A program made the translations under genes and the position numbers. Under the pieces are notes generated by a model. That model ran no database searches and had not been told where the DNA came from. It worked only from the letters and a program-made list of their open reading frames with translations. From Chrysomallon squamiferum (taxonomy: Eukaryota > Animalia > Mollusca), in contig CM022673.1 of assembly GCA_012295275.1 (NCBI GenBank), positions 20,956,001 to 21,020,000 on the forward strand: a DNA stretch of 64,000 nt, given 5' to 3'. Positions 1 to 13,655 of this stretch are shown here, piece by piece (within the stretch, counting starts at the first letter, position 1; every line of letters starts with the position of its first letter).

Positions 1-715
1 GTTTGAATTGTTGGTTTGACAGTATGAAGTACTTCCCTGTTGTTGACCCTCTCTCTCCAGGTAATGTTATTGTCATGCAACAATGGTCACTGATATTATT
101 ATAACTTTTTTTTTTAATTTATGAACATTGCCTGTAAATTATGAATCAAAAGAAGCTATTGTTTTTACATTATGTAAATAAATGAAACTATGTAGTTCAT
201 AAATGGCCATATTTTTAAACCTGATAAATTTAGATAAAAATGTGTCGCCTTGATTATGAAGGAAAATCTTTAAGTTGCTTTTTGACTTCCTTGTTCTGAT
301 GACCCGAATAAACATCTAGGTGTTCAGTTACTGGGTTTAAATAACAAAAACAGTTCAAAAGTATTTCATAAGCACAGGTAAGTTGGTTACAAGAAAATCA
401 GCATTCATATTTATTGAAGTTAAGTTTTTAATAATATTAAATTGTAGACTACTTAATAATAAACAAATTAGCTTTCTATATATATATATTATAATTGAAC
501 AATGTTTTTATTTATAGACTTAAAGAGGCATGATAAGCTCAGGATCAGTATTCCACATTACTCTTACTGAGTAATTTCCAGTTCCAACATGCTGAATTGT
601 AGATCATTGATTATTGTTTTTTATTAATATTTTTTGCTATTGTTTAACTCATTATTTCCTAATTACCAGAAATTCCTTTTATGTTGATGTTACTGAACTG
701 ATGTTTTTAATTCAG

Positions 716-3700
716 GGAATCTGAATGGAGGTGTCCTGTTGATAATGAACCACTAGAAGAAACAGACTTGTTTCCAGATAACTTTGCTAAAAGAGAAATC
801 CTCAACTTCAGACTGCGATGTCCCAATAACAAACAAGGCTGTGATAATTTAATTGTTCTCCGAGATATCCAGGTGATTGTTGGATATATATTTTACACAC
901 ACATACATGCACACATACACTTACTTTATGTATGCACTGACATCATAGAAATTCAAAATCTTTATTTTGTATACAAGAAAAATTTAAGAGAAATCCTATT
1001 CTGCAGTAATATAGTTAAAATTTCATACATTTACTGAAATATATAGTAAATGATTTCACATTAAACACCCTTTATTTTATTTTTTTTTTTAATTTCAGAA
1101 TCATTTAAACTTGTGTCCATTTGCTTTTGTACCATGTCCAAATAAGTGTTCAGATATTCTCATTCGACGTGACCTGCCAAATCACATACAGTTCAAGTGT
1201 TCTCGCCGACAGATTACCTGTCCTAACTGTCAACTGACAATCACTGCTGATGACACTGAGGTATTTAATGTCATTTGTTTAAATTTGTATCACACCTAAG
1301 ATACATCACATAAACACACACATACCTACAAACTCCAAACCCTGACTCCACATTCAACCCCCAGGTGCATGTTAAAAAACCCACACATCTTCACAGTTAC
1401 TGACACACATGCACAACCACATATACAAGCACATATCCCATTGTAAAAAATACATACAAGCATGGTTCAAACTGTAAATAAATAAAACATTATGTTTCAG
1501 AATCACCAGAGAATGTGTCCTATGGTTAAAATGTTATGTCAGTATTGTGGAACAAACCTTATGAGACAAGAGGTGAGATACTAAAATGTGAGGTACAAAC
1601 ACACATGTAAAGTTTAAATATATTCTTTATATTTTATTTGCTAAGCATGTTTAGAAAATGAAAAGAAGCTGGCATTTTCCTTTTATCATGATTTTATTTT
1701 TGTTTGGTGGAAATTTAAAATAAAGCATTGACAAAAATTGCACTTATTTTGATTCAAACTATCAGGTGATTTTATGATAATAACTGTTAAAAATTTAATA
1801 CATGATATTATACATGATATTATAAAAGAGATAGTTATTTAATTGCATGTTTTATCAGTAGTAAATATTATTAGCACTGTTTTTAATGTACCATTATTGA
1901 GTGATATGAGTAACAGGTAGAGTAAAAATGAACGGATGCGACATATTAAATAACCACAGTAGTTTGGAGAGAAATCACTGCAAGTATTGCAGAGTTGTCA
2001 TTTGGTGTGGAACAAGGAGATTGTTTACAGGGGTCCTTGGAATACGATGTCAGTACATACCATGAAAACACAGCAAATAACGAAACACTGTATAAAGGGG
2101 AATTTTCACCACTTAGGTTATACAATATAAAATAAAGAACTGTGTGTACTAAATAACTTAATGTACAGTGTAAACAGTAAATCTGCAGTAAAGAAAAGAA
2201 TAAAGATTATTATCATGGCTTTCATATTGCAGTTGTTCATCCACCAAAAATAACATTACTGGAAAAAATAAAGGATATTAATTCAAACACTGTCACTGAT
2301 ATATGTCTGAAACAGTGTACATAGGGGAGACCTGTTTTACAAGTATCTGCGGGTCTCAGTGAGATCCTGTCTAAAAGGTCAATGCAGTGGATGTTTGACA
2401 ACAAATGTCTATTTTTCAGATGGCTGTTCATCTTGGTGACTGTCCAAAAGTTATGGTGGACTGTGATTTCTTTTCTTTGGGATGTCAAGCCAGGGTTTGT
2501 TTTTTGTTTTGTTCAGTTTACTGGAAACTAATAAAAATTGTATTTATAGTATAATATATAGTGGTTACATCAGTGAGTGAATGAACTGCATTCCTGAATG
2601 AATGAATGTGCTTGATATATATATATTTATTTATATATGCTCTATTTTACTTTTTATTTGTTTCTGTTTAGTGCTTGTATACTGAATGCAATAATTTTTT
2701 GTTTCATAATCTTTCTGATAAATATTAACGTATTTTGTTAAACCAGAATTCTGCTAAGACCACTTTGTCATATAATCATGAATACAAATAACTTATGTTT
2801 ATTTCAGTATGAACGTAGCAACAAGAACCAGCACATGATTGAGGCAACCCAGGAACACATGGAGTTACTGTGTCATGGTGTTGTCACCATCCTTCAAAAT
2901 CTTGGCATCAGTCGCATCACACCCAACATCCAGCAGTCATCATCATCCGGTCACCTGGACCCAACTGAAATCTCCAGCTCCATATCTAATTTAGGAAGCA
3001 CTATTCAGAGTTTGAACTTACAGGAACTTCAGGTGCCCAGTCAACAGGTTGTAGTCCATGGAAGTTCAAGAACTTCACCATTTCAGCCAGTTCCACTGGC
3101 AGTGAGTAGTGTGGAGAGTGCTGGTGGTGGTGATGAAGTGCACACAACACAGGAACTATCAGCTATTAAACACCATTCCAATGCAGATCCAGAAGAAAAC
3201 AAAGAAGGTTTCAGTTTCCTCAGAGGCATGGATTCTTTGATAAAACAGCAGATGAGTTTGAAGGAACATGATAGGAATATTGCTGAGTTGCAGAGTGGCA
3301 AGGAGGCTCTGGAAAAACATTACGACGAACTTCACAGGAAGATTCATCATCTAGAAATGTCAGTCCGGGACATAGAAGGCAGATCGTGTAATGGCAACTA
3401 TTACTGGAGGATAAGGAATTATAGCCGGTTAAGGCGAGAGGCAGAAGAAGGGGAGTCACCTGCTCTCCACAGCCCATCGTTCTATTCCAGTTTCTTTGGT
3501 TACAAGTTATGTCTTCGGGTTAATCTTAATGGAGTGGATTCAGCAAGGGGAAGCTATTTGTCACTCTTTATTCATTTCATGCAAGGTGAATTTGATGAAA
3601 TGCTTGACTGGCCATTTTCAGGACGGATAATTCTATCTGTGATTGATCAAAACACTTCATGTGAAGTTCGAAATCATGTGACAGAAACTCTGATTGCAAA

Positions 3701-3854
3701 ACCTCACTTGGCAGCATTCCAGAGGCCAACAACAGCACGGAACCACAAAGGTTTTGGTTATATGGAGTTCCTTCCACTTGCAGTTATGGACAATTCAACA
3801 TTTGTTCGTAATGATACCTTAATTATCCGAGCTCAGGTTTTACCCTCTATGTGA
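716..3854 (+). CDS. TRAF6: TNF receptor-associated factor 6, 5' end outside window; exons 716-872, 1099-1260, 1501-1572, 2420-2494, 2808-3854
   Basis: Exons join in frame on GT-AG borders. They encode the RING end (WRCPVDNEPL..LFPDNFAKREIL), five TRAF zinc fingers, a coiled coil and a MATH domain with TRAF6-type motifs (HSPSFYSSFFGYKLCLR, WPFSGRIILS, RPTTARNHKGFGYMEF). Confidence 0.95.
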
Positions 3855-6402
3855 AGAAAAAGGACTAAAATACAAATAATCCCAGTGCTGGATAAATTAT
3901 TATTAAAATTAAAACTGATGTGCTAGTAAAATTTCTTCAAAAATTATCCAGTATCATGCTGAACTGAAATTCCACTTCATTTTGTTAAATCATTGAAATT
4001 GCTTGTGACAAATGGCTCAAACTAAACATTTCAAACTCTCATAATATATGGTGATATATATTCAACAAAACAAGACTTCTTTATATAATCATTTGCTATC
4101 ATTTGGTTGCCTTTTATTTATACCAATTTTTCATAACTGTCTACAAAAAATTAAGCTTATATTTTATTTCAGATCTTTATTAACTTATTCATCCATATTG
4201 TAAATTACAGATATCACCAATATTTCAACATAAAAAAAAATTCACAATCAAACTTATAGCTTTCCTTTTTTAGAAGGAATATATTTTTGTGACATGATAA
4301 AGTTACCAATATTCATTAAAATCCTTTTTGGTGAGTTTCAATACACTGACAGATTCTCACTGTATTGTTTTTACACAGACTGCATGTGAAAGAAACAAAT
4401 GAGTATTAATTACAGACAAATCAAAACTAAATTACCATACACAGGAATGCTTCTGGCATGTTCAGGATTTTCATTAACCTAAATGGTTGAAAAATACAAT
4501 GTACTCTTGTAATAATGTACTTTGATTACTATATACATTTCAAAAACTAACCATGTATCTAATTTTATTCTTTAGAATGTATTCATAACCTAGATGCTGT
4601 TTATTTGGTTTTACAACTCTGTAATTAAAATGTATATGATTCACAGTATTTAGGAGGCCACTTGTTATTTTAAGGAATTAAAAAAATATATTGCAAACAG
4701 CAACATTATATTTGAAGCTGTGAAGATTTAGTTTATGCAGAAAGTAATTATGTACCAAAGAGAATTTTTCTTTTTTTCTATGAGAGAGTGACATCATACT
4801 GCCTTTCTGTCATTGTTTTTCAGTCAAAATGTTTTTACTTGTTTCACACACACACACACACACTCACACACACATTCATTGAACCACATTCATTGAACCA
4901 CACAGATCAGGAGGCATACATGGTACAGAAGATATTAACAAAGATATTCATACAAACACATGCTACCAACACTATACCCACACATATAGGTCACAAACAC
5001 ATGCTAACATTATACATACATTCATACAAGTACATGATGCTTACACTAATACCTGAGAAACACAGCCAAACACACTTTGTAACAAAAAACCAGTTCAGAT
5101 GTATAGAACTATACACAGGTTAACCTGTCCAGGTATCTCCAAGGGAGTTTTTAAATATACTGTACAGTTTAATTGTTAATTGATGTATCGCCTCTCATAC
5201 AGCTGATTTACAACCTTTTTACAAACCTTAATTTCTTTAGGTCTGTTTCCTTTTTAATATTTTATATGTAACAAGATAATTAGGTATCAGTATATTAAAA
5301 TTTAAAAATTGTTTTTAATTTGTCAAAACAAAGTCCAGATTAATTAAAGCAAAAATTCACAACCTTAATTTATAATCATTAATTTTTATATGGTATCAGG
5401 ATGTTAAATAACTTAAATGTTGTGATACCATTTGCATAATACAGATATTATCAAGCTTTCAAGACCATGGTATTCACAAAAGTATGGTAAAACACACACA
5501 CAGCCACAGACACACATGCACACACAAACAAAGAATTGAACATATTACCATAACAATATTTTACACAATAATTCTAAAAAACAACATTTATTTACTGAAA
5601 TATATTGTAAATGATCTCATAATTTACTATTAGAGCAATATACTGGCAGAAAGTTTAAGACATTTTGTTTATTGTGGCTGTGTCAAGGTCTCTAAGATGC
5701 TAGGGTTATGTTTAATATATGAATTGTTCTCGCCTGTGTTTTAATCCATTAATCTAAAACAAAATATTGGTTCTTGTATACTTTAGACACAACTAATCAA
5801 AAAAAAAAAATGTTTTAATTAATCATAGCAGACCATGCTGGATGTGGTTACTGTGCCATAGTAAATATATTAACAAAATCTAAATAATAACTGATTATAT
5901 ATCTTGTATATATTATTATATATATATATATATATATATATCTCATTATAAAGTGAAACCAGAAGCAATAATAACTAAGTCAGCTATATTTTTGTACCAG
6001 AACTATATTTATCATCATATCCAGAAAAGTGTGTTACACTAATATAAGGTCTCATTTATCAAAACAAATATGTTTTCACATTGAAATGTAAATTACCATA
6101 CACAATCTACAATAAAGAATTTTGTTACAATGATATTAAAAAAGAAAACTTTAAAAAAAAGACTTGGTTATTTCCCTTGAGTTTATTCTGTACTTTGTTT
6201 TGGGAATTTTGAAAACAAATAAACTGATGCAGTTAGTATATGGATACAATTAAAGATACTTATGAACACATGGTGAATTCCATCAGCCATTGTTTCCACT
6301 AATAAAGGTAAATGCTGGAACTTTGCCAACTGAATTAACTTTACTGGGTTCAGATGTGTTACCCAAACTGATGTAATGTGTAAACCTCCTGTACATTTAA
6401 TA

Positions 6403-7606
6403 AAGATTTGCCAGACTTTTCTGATGATATAGAAGTAGCTCAGTAAGCATGTGTTTGTTAAAATCCACTGGACAGTGGAATTTGTGGAATGTCCTTGTAC
6501 AGCTTCATTGATTTCATTTCTGAATTCTGAAACTTTAGTCATGTTCATCACTTTTTTCTGATTATTAAAATAATTTATCCTAATAATTATAATTTCTCCA
6601 AATTCACTAGATTATTTATTAATGATTGTATTATTCTTTATTATTATACATGTATTTTGCTTTTGTTGTTATTTATTTTAATTATTTTAATGGTATTTTA
6701 TATATTTAGTTATCTGTTTTGTTTAATTAATAGTTTTGTTCTTTCAGGTAAAAACAAAACAGATTTTTTTCTTGCATTACAATAGTTCTTTTTTTGTGGT
6801 TCTACAGAACATTTATATTTTTTCATTTCTTAAAAACAATCTTTACAACATATCTGTTTTTCCAATAAATATACAGCGATTGTGTTGTTACTTTCTAAAA
6901 AAATTACAAATAAAAGAAAATAAAGAACTAACATCTTATATTACCAGGTCACATTAATATATGTAGCTTTTAGTATCTGTGCCTAACTAGTGACACATTT
7001 GGAGTCATATTAACTTGCATACATCAGAAATAAATTTTCTAAAAATAGATAAATAAGCAAAATCTTAAAATGAGCTTCTATTTCATTAACATGTCTGATA
7101 ATTATCAATATTTCAGAATTCTTTTATAAAAGCAGGCAGCAAGATATCCTTTTCCAGAATCATCCATGACATTTATATTGCCAGTCAAATCTAATGTTAT
7201 ATGTGAATTCTTTATGTCTGAATATTTTACTTATCCCAATTTAACACTGAGTTGTATGTTTTGTTTGTATCCAACTAAAATTAATAAATAAATAATAAAT
7301 AATCAATGTTCTTTTTTTTATTACATTTTAATAAGTCGTGCATATATTACATTACTATTTCAGTCTTGTAATATATTTTAATAGTTAATTGATAAATTCT
7401 CATAATTTTATATTTCAACAATTAGTTTAAGTATAACTTACTTATCCAGCAAGCACAGCATAAACAGCAACACAGATTTTCAAATTTTCTGGTTTGTCGG
7501 TTAAACTGTAAGGACATTCCACAAAGTCCATTGTCCTTTGAATTTTAACACATACAGACTGATCTATTTCTCCATTAATACAAACATTTGGCAAATCTTA
7601 ATTGAA
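6403..7606. repeat. Diverged inverted repeat pair, arms ~6403-6502 and ~7506-7606
   Basis: The reverse complement of 7506-7606 aligns by eye with 6403-6502 (shared aagatttgcca...tgtgtt..aaaat.ca..ggaca.tgga.tttgtggaatgtcctt). Confidence 0.8.
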
Positions 7607-8055
7607 ATAAATACGAAAAGTAAAGAACAAAATGTATTACTTTAAGGATTTTCTGAAAACAACAAATGGGCTGGAACAAATTTCAACCTTTCACAATCTC
7701 GCCATCTTCTATTCACTCTTCCATGATCATTGTAAATCAATGTAAGTAATGATGTTTACTGACACCTCAACATATTGTAATACTAGTGATTGTGTGCTGT
7801 GATGATGATACAACAAGAAACTTGCAACAGCCTCTCTGCTGTTTAATGTTGTTGTTTAAAGCAGTTAAATATTAGCACCTTTTCCTCATAATTATTTTTC
7901 TAAGATAAGTTCTCCCTGGTGTCTTCATACAAATATTTACAGAAATTTTCTTCAACAGGCACAGCTTTTTTCCTAAGATGAAGTACATTTAAACAATTCT
8001 TTTCTGATAATCAGTGAGTAGCATATAAAGTTCATTTTATCTTTCTGATTATAAT

Positions 8056-8094
<39 letters not shown>

Positions 8095-8278
8095 TATTAT
8101 TATTAACAAAAGAAACAACCTATTTGACACCTAATGATCATTAATTTCAAACAGCTATTCACTCATTCCATTTATCAGACATGCATTGGTATGATTAAAT
8201 AAAGAACAATGTGTAATAAACCTGAGTATATGCATGTTTATTTCAGATACATAATGTGGTACACAAGTGCAAAATAAT

Positions 8279-8383
8279 AGCTGCCATTTATGACAAAAAT
8301 ACAGTTAGTAGTAAACATAATTAAAATACAGCTGCCATTTATGACAAAAATATAGAGTTAGTAGTAAACATAATTAAAATACA
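8279..8383. repeat. Direct tandem duplication, ~52-54 bp unit x2
   Basis: agctgccatttatgacaaaaata..gttagtagtaaacataattaaaatacag occurs twice in succession. Confidence 0.9.
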
Positions 8384-8685
8384 GTGAGTATATATTCAAT
8401 AACAACCATAAAATTTTATCTTTAAATATGAATATTGGGATTAATATGTACCAGTTTTGTCACAGGACCAACAAGATGAGGTATATAAAAACCAATTTTT
8501 AACTCCCAAGATTTGCTATTTTTGGCTAAGTTCAATACTCAAATACAACTTGTTAAAGGAAATTAAACCTGGTTCATTGTGATTGGTCACGTATCTACAG
8601 TGCATCTTTATAATTCCAAAGTCTGAGTACAAAATATAAGCATTTATTTATACATTCATTATTCAGTAAGCATGTGCTTGTGTGT

Positions 8686-8721
<36 letters not shown>

Positions 8722-9835
8722 TATGACTTTCAACAGATTCTTGGGTATTTTAAAGACATTTGCTAGGTATAAGATAACAATTAGGCTAAGGAGAAGAGCA
8801 AATGTTGGCACAACATTCTTGAACAGCAAAAGTAAATTTGTTTAATTGTATAAATCCATTATTAAAAGACCAGATTATTTCATTTCTATTTAAAAAACTG
8901 TAGAATGGGAAAATTATCTATGATATATGTGACTATTTAATAAATATTCAAAATTAATGTGAAGAACAAAAATAGAAATAAACAGAATACACATATAGAT
9001 GAGAACAGTAACAAGTTAAAAAGAAATAATAAAAATTAAAATATATAATATCTATAAAAAAATAAAATAGTATTAACAATAAAAATGAAATAAAATTGTG
9101 AAACATTTAATCTCATGCCATATAATTAATAAATAAAAAAATAAATAATTAAAAATAAATTACAAAATAAATTAATAATTCAGTGTTGAACTCAGAAGAT
9201 TTAACAGTTAAATTTTGATCATTGAAAGCAGTTAAGCCTGAACAATCAAAATCTACTGACTGATAAAAGTAATGAAGAATATAAAATAAAATGTATTAAA
9301 TTGTTTAGATACTTTGTGCATGTCTGGTAATAAATATTAAAAACAAATAAAATGCATCATTAAACGATAAATATCAAAATGAAATGATATTTTATCAGTA
9401 ATTTTTTTTTTTTTTTTTTTTACTGCCTGTTATGGATAAAATCCAAATTACAGTGTTTTTATAACATAATGGTTTATGCAGCAGTACTAACAATATAAAT
9501 GTGTAGTTATTTCAAAACAAAACTGAACTAAAAAATGCTATACTATTATTGGTATCAACTCACAGTACATTACGAAAAAAAAAAAAATAATAATAATAAT
9601 AAAAATCTTTATAATCTATATTAAATAATGCATAAAAAGTTAAACCATATTGTATTATGCACCCATGAAGAGTATTTTGTTATAAATGTCTTTTCATACT
9701 TTTTTATGTAAAATAAAACTTGCCTTGGTTCTATCTTCTTTCAGTCTTTGCTAATCATTATATGAAAAAGAAAAGATCTGCATAGATGTGTAAGCATTGC
9801 AAGACAGGTGTTAAGACCTCTGCTAATAGAATGTT

Positions 9836-9949
9836 TTACTTTGTTGTATCACCTCCACTTCTCTCTGGCTGGCTGGTCTGAAAGCCTAGTGCCTGAAGCT
9901 GTTTGCTGATTGGTTCATAAACTGTGTCATCTTCTATTGTAACTGGGAT
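9836..9949 (-). CDS. ACSS3: ACSS3 alternative distal terminal exon (17b), IPVTIEDDTVYEPISKQLQALGFQTSQPERSGGDTTK*
   Basis: AG acceptor at 9950-9951, phase 0, matching the exon 16 donor (..NKPFK|gt at 13774). The peptide is homologous to the proximal terminal exon (VPVTVEDP...). Confidence 0.8.
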   Translation of the reverse strand: MPVTIEDDTVYEPISKQLQALGFQTSQPERSGGDTTK

Positions 9950-12600
9950 CTACATATTTGGAGAAAAAAAAATATCTAAATAAGCAAAATTTAATTCATT
10001 TATTAAATTAGTAAAACAATAAACTAATAGAACAGTAACAACAATATTTGAAGGACAAAAGTTTTACATATAATAATGGAGAACTTGCATTTCACAAAAA
10101 TCTGTTTTAAGTAACATATCTGAATTCTTAATTTATTTTTTTGATACATATTTTTCTCTTGTTTATTTCTTTCATTTATTTTAATCTAAAAATTTGCAAT
10201 TATTAAAAATGATAAGAAATGTATGACTTTATTATTATAAAATATAAATAAAGATAAATGCAATTCCTAGTTAATTACATTGATTGAATATAAAATACAT
10301 TTTTGGTTTGTAATAACATCACTACTTTTCAGTTCTATATGTTATCAAATAAATAAATAACACATGCACACATACTTGCAATCACACATATAATATTGTA
10401 CTGTTTTTTATAATTCAGATTTACCACACAGATTTTTTATTTGTTAATTTTATAACAGATGTGAACTAAAATAAATAAACTGTTAGTTTTAAAAGCTATT
10501 TTTGCTTTAAAATGAACCATCTTGAAGTGTTACTGACAACCGATCTTTGCTAAAAGTAAGTAAGATACAATCAAAAAGAAATCTGCTAATAATATCATTT
10601 CATACATTAAGTATTCTTTAGCTGTGGCACCATTTACCAACTCATTTTTGCCATTACAAATTAAATAAATAAAAACTATGCATGCATGTGCTGCTTCTGT
10701 AACGTAATTCAGTGTTAACTGAATTTAATTATTTTTAAATATAATTTCTAAAGAAAAAGAAAAAACCCACAAAACATATCTTATTTTAAAATTAGATGAA
10801 AATCATTCCAGTATGAAGAAACCCATAACACTTAACATAAGAAACATTTGAACAAAAAACAAACAGACTGTGATGTTAGGCCATGCTAACTTTTTGTAAT
10901 TTCACATTATTATCTGAAACATCCTGTATGTTTTACACAAACTTTACTAACTTTGCATGGACTAGCTAAAACGTTTATGCTTGCTGACATTTTCTGATTT
11001 ATAGTATTATATTATTCTAAAAACCAATTTATTTTTTTAAATACTCTGTCATTATCTCTGTTTTAATTAAAGTAATAACATTTCATTATTACAGCTGCAC
11101 AGGATAATTAATTAAAACAAATAATGCATTATAAGCACAGCAAATAACAAAAATAAAAACATATTAAATAAATCTGCATAATATTCCAATACAAAAGCAA
11201 TAGTTTTATTTGCATTTCTTCAAATAATAATAAAAAATGTATAAAAAATAAAAAAAAGTTTAAAAATTCGGATTTGCAAAAATGTTCCTTTAGCCTTTTC
11301 ATTTTTTTTAACCAAAAAATAGATAATTAAAACTCCTAAATAAAACAAACCAAAAATAAAAAACAATAAATGAACTGACAAACAAATAAATAATGAAATA
11401 TATTAAATAGTCTAAAACAATAGCTATTAAACAACTAATATGTGATAGGCAAAACAAAGATGATAGACAATTAAAAGAAAGAAAAAAGCCTTTGGACAGA
11501 GAACCGGAATCCTGCTTGTGAAATAAAAAAATGAATTCTACAGATTGAGGGGTTTACCAGATGTAACTATATTTCACTGTATTTTTGTGTATAATACAAT
11601 AATTGTTATGGATACATGAATGGAAGAAATAATTGGGGATGTGTCAGATGATTAGACATTTCTTTTCTTTATTTAAATGAGTAAGTATTCAAATTCTCAT
11701 GAAAAAATCAAGGCTCTGGTATTATTAGTACATTTTAAATGCTGGAGTGAGGGAGAGATTTGTGAATTATTTTTGGTGACTGTTGTTACAAGTGAACTGC
11801 CTTTGCAAAAATATGACAAAATAAGACAAAAATATAAACAAGTCTGATTAGAAGTTATCAATATTCCTTCATTCTTCAATACATGTGATATTGTTTCTAA
11901 CAGAGAAATGATATAAAAAAATAATAAAAATAAAAATAAAAATAAAAATAAAAATAATAATAATAATAATTTAAGCTTGCTATGCTGATACTGCTATTTT
12001 TAAAATGATTTGCTCAAAGAAAATACCAGCTTCCTTGTTTCTTTGCTGGACTGTTGTATTATTACCATACAACTTTGTTAACAAAGGTTGGTCTCAAAGC
12101 AAAAAATTTAATAAAACTATAATTTGGAAGAAATGCTAATGTATTTTTGCACTTAATTGAATTTTATTTTATTATTATTATTATTTTTATAAATTACTAT
12201 TTAATTTTACTTGGTCCATTTGAAGAAGATATTGTACAATTGTTTCATGTGTATTAAAATGTCCTTTTTTTAATATTTTTGTTCAAAGTTTAATAATTTA
12301 ATTAATTACATTGTTTTACAGATGTTTCTAGAAAAACAAAAAGGACAAAAAAAGTTATATGACTGATAATCAAACATATAAAAAAATTATTATCACTATG
12401 TTGTTGTTTTTTTCAATTATCATTTGTAACCATTTTATACTGATCCTTATAAATTATTTTAAAAATATTACCATCCTTTCCTTCTAACCCAAAATGAATA
12501 ATTTGTTGTAAGCTTAAAACATAATACACAAAAAAGGTAAACCCCTGCTTCATATTGTTCTTAAGAGTAAAGAAGAAAAGATAAATTTTAACTCCTACAA

Positions 12601-13622
12601 TCAGGATGCTTTGGCAAATCCTATTTGCTGAAGTGCTTCTCTAACTGCTGGGTATGCAGTAGGGTCCTCAACTGTGACAGGTACCTGAAACATGACACCC
12701 AGCAATAACATGTAGTTACAAAGAAAATATATGCAGGCATGCAAGGGGTAGATTTATTTTTCTTCTTGTTTTCATCAGCTTAAAATGTATTAAACAGAAA
12801 GAAAATTAAATAAAAACAGACTTTAGTTATTAACATACTTACTCATGTTTTAAGTTGTAGATCATGGTTCCTAAATTTTATATATAAAATGTGGATGTGA
12901 CTTGTGTGTGGGATTAAAACTTCAGAACTTATTTTGCCAAATTAATAGCATCTAGTTAAAAGAAAACATCTAACACTGTGCATTAATTTTGCCAGTGTTC
13001 ACTATTTATTCTTGTTAGTAAATTGTGATGTTTTATCAACAGTTATTGAGTATCTATACATATTCCATGTATTTTTATTAAATTATTTTGGTACCAGTTT
13101 TCAAGGTAATACTTCTGTTGTGACTTAGACATAAGCAAATATTGTTATCATTTTTATGACTGCAACTGCTTCTTAAAATTCCCTATTTTTCATATATTTC
13201 ATGAATGAACACACTGCTTTGATCAGCTGGATGTCAAATACATGGCAATTCTTGTACTGATGAATTAAGCCTAACTCAGTGTAAACTGAACTGTGATTCA
13301 TCAGTGAATAACTTCAAAACAGTGTTAGTTACTATTACAACAAAGCAGAAATCTGAAACTGGTTTCAAACACTAACATTTTCCTACATTCAACAAACTAC
13401 TTCCTAAAAAAACCCAAATGCACTGACACAAATATATTTACAAAATCTACCAAAATTTTTATAAAATCTTTGATAACAACAATAATCATTACAATTATGT
13501 AAATACAATATTATTATAAAACAGTATTTGAACCTTTCCAAGAGAATCATCTAACATGTAAGTATAAATGCATAAGCTTTATGAAGGAGTTCAGTTTCTT
13601 CAAACTTCTTTGCACCAAACCT

Positions 13623-13655
<33 letters not shown>

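Noticed and set aside
4788-5123. 111-aa His/Thr-rich ORF
   Set aside because: Artefact of (CA)n-rich sequence downstream of the TRAF6 stop.
6183-6551. 122-aa minus-strand ORF
   Set aside because: No recognisable motif. It overlaps the decayed repeat arm, whose coding-like sense is the opposite strand.
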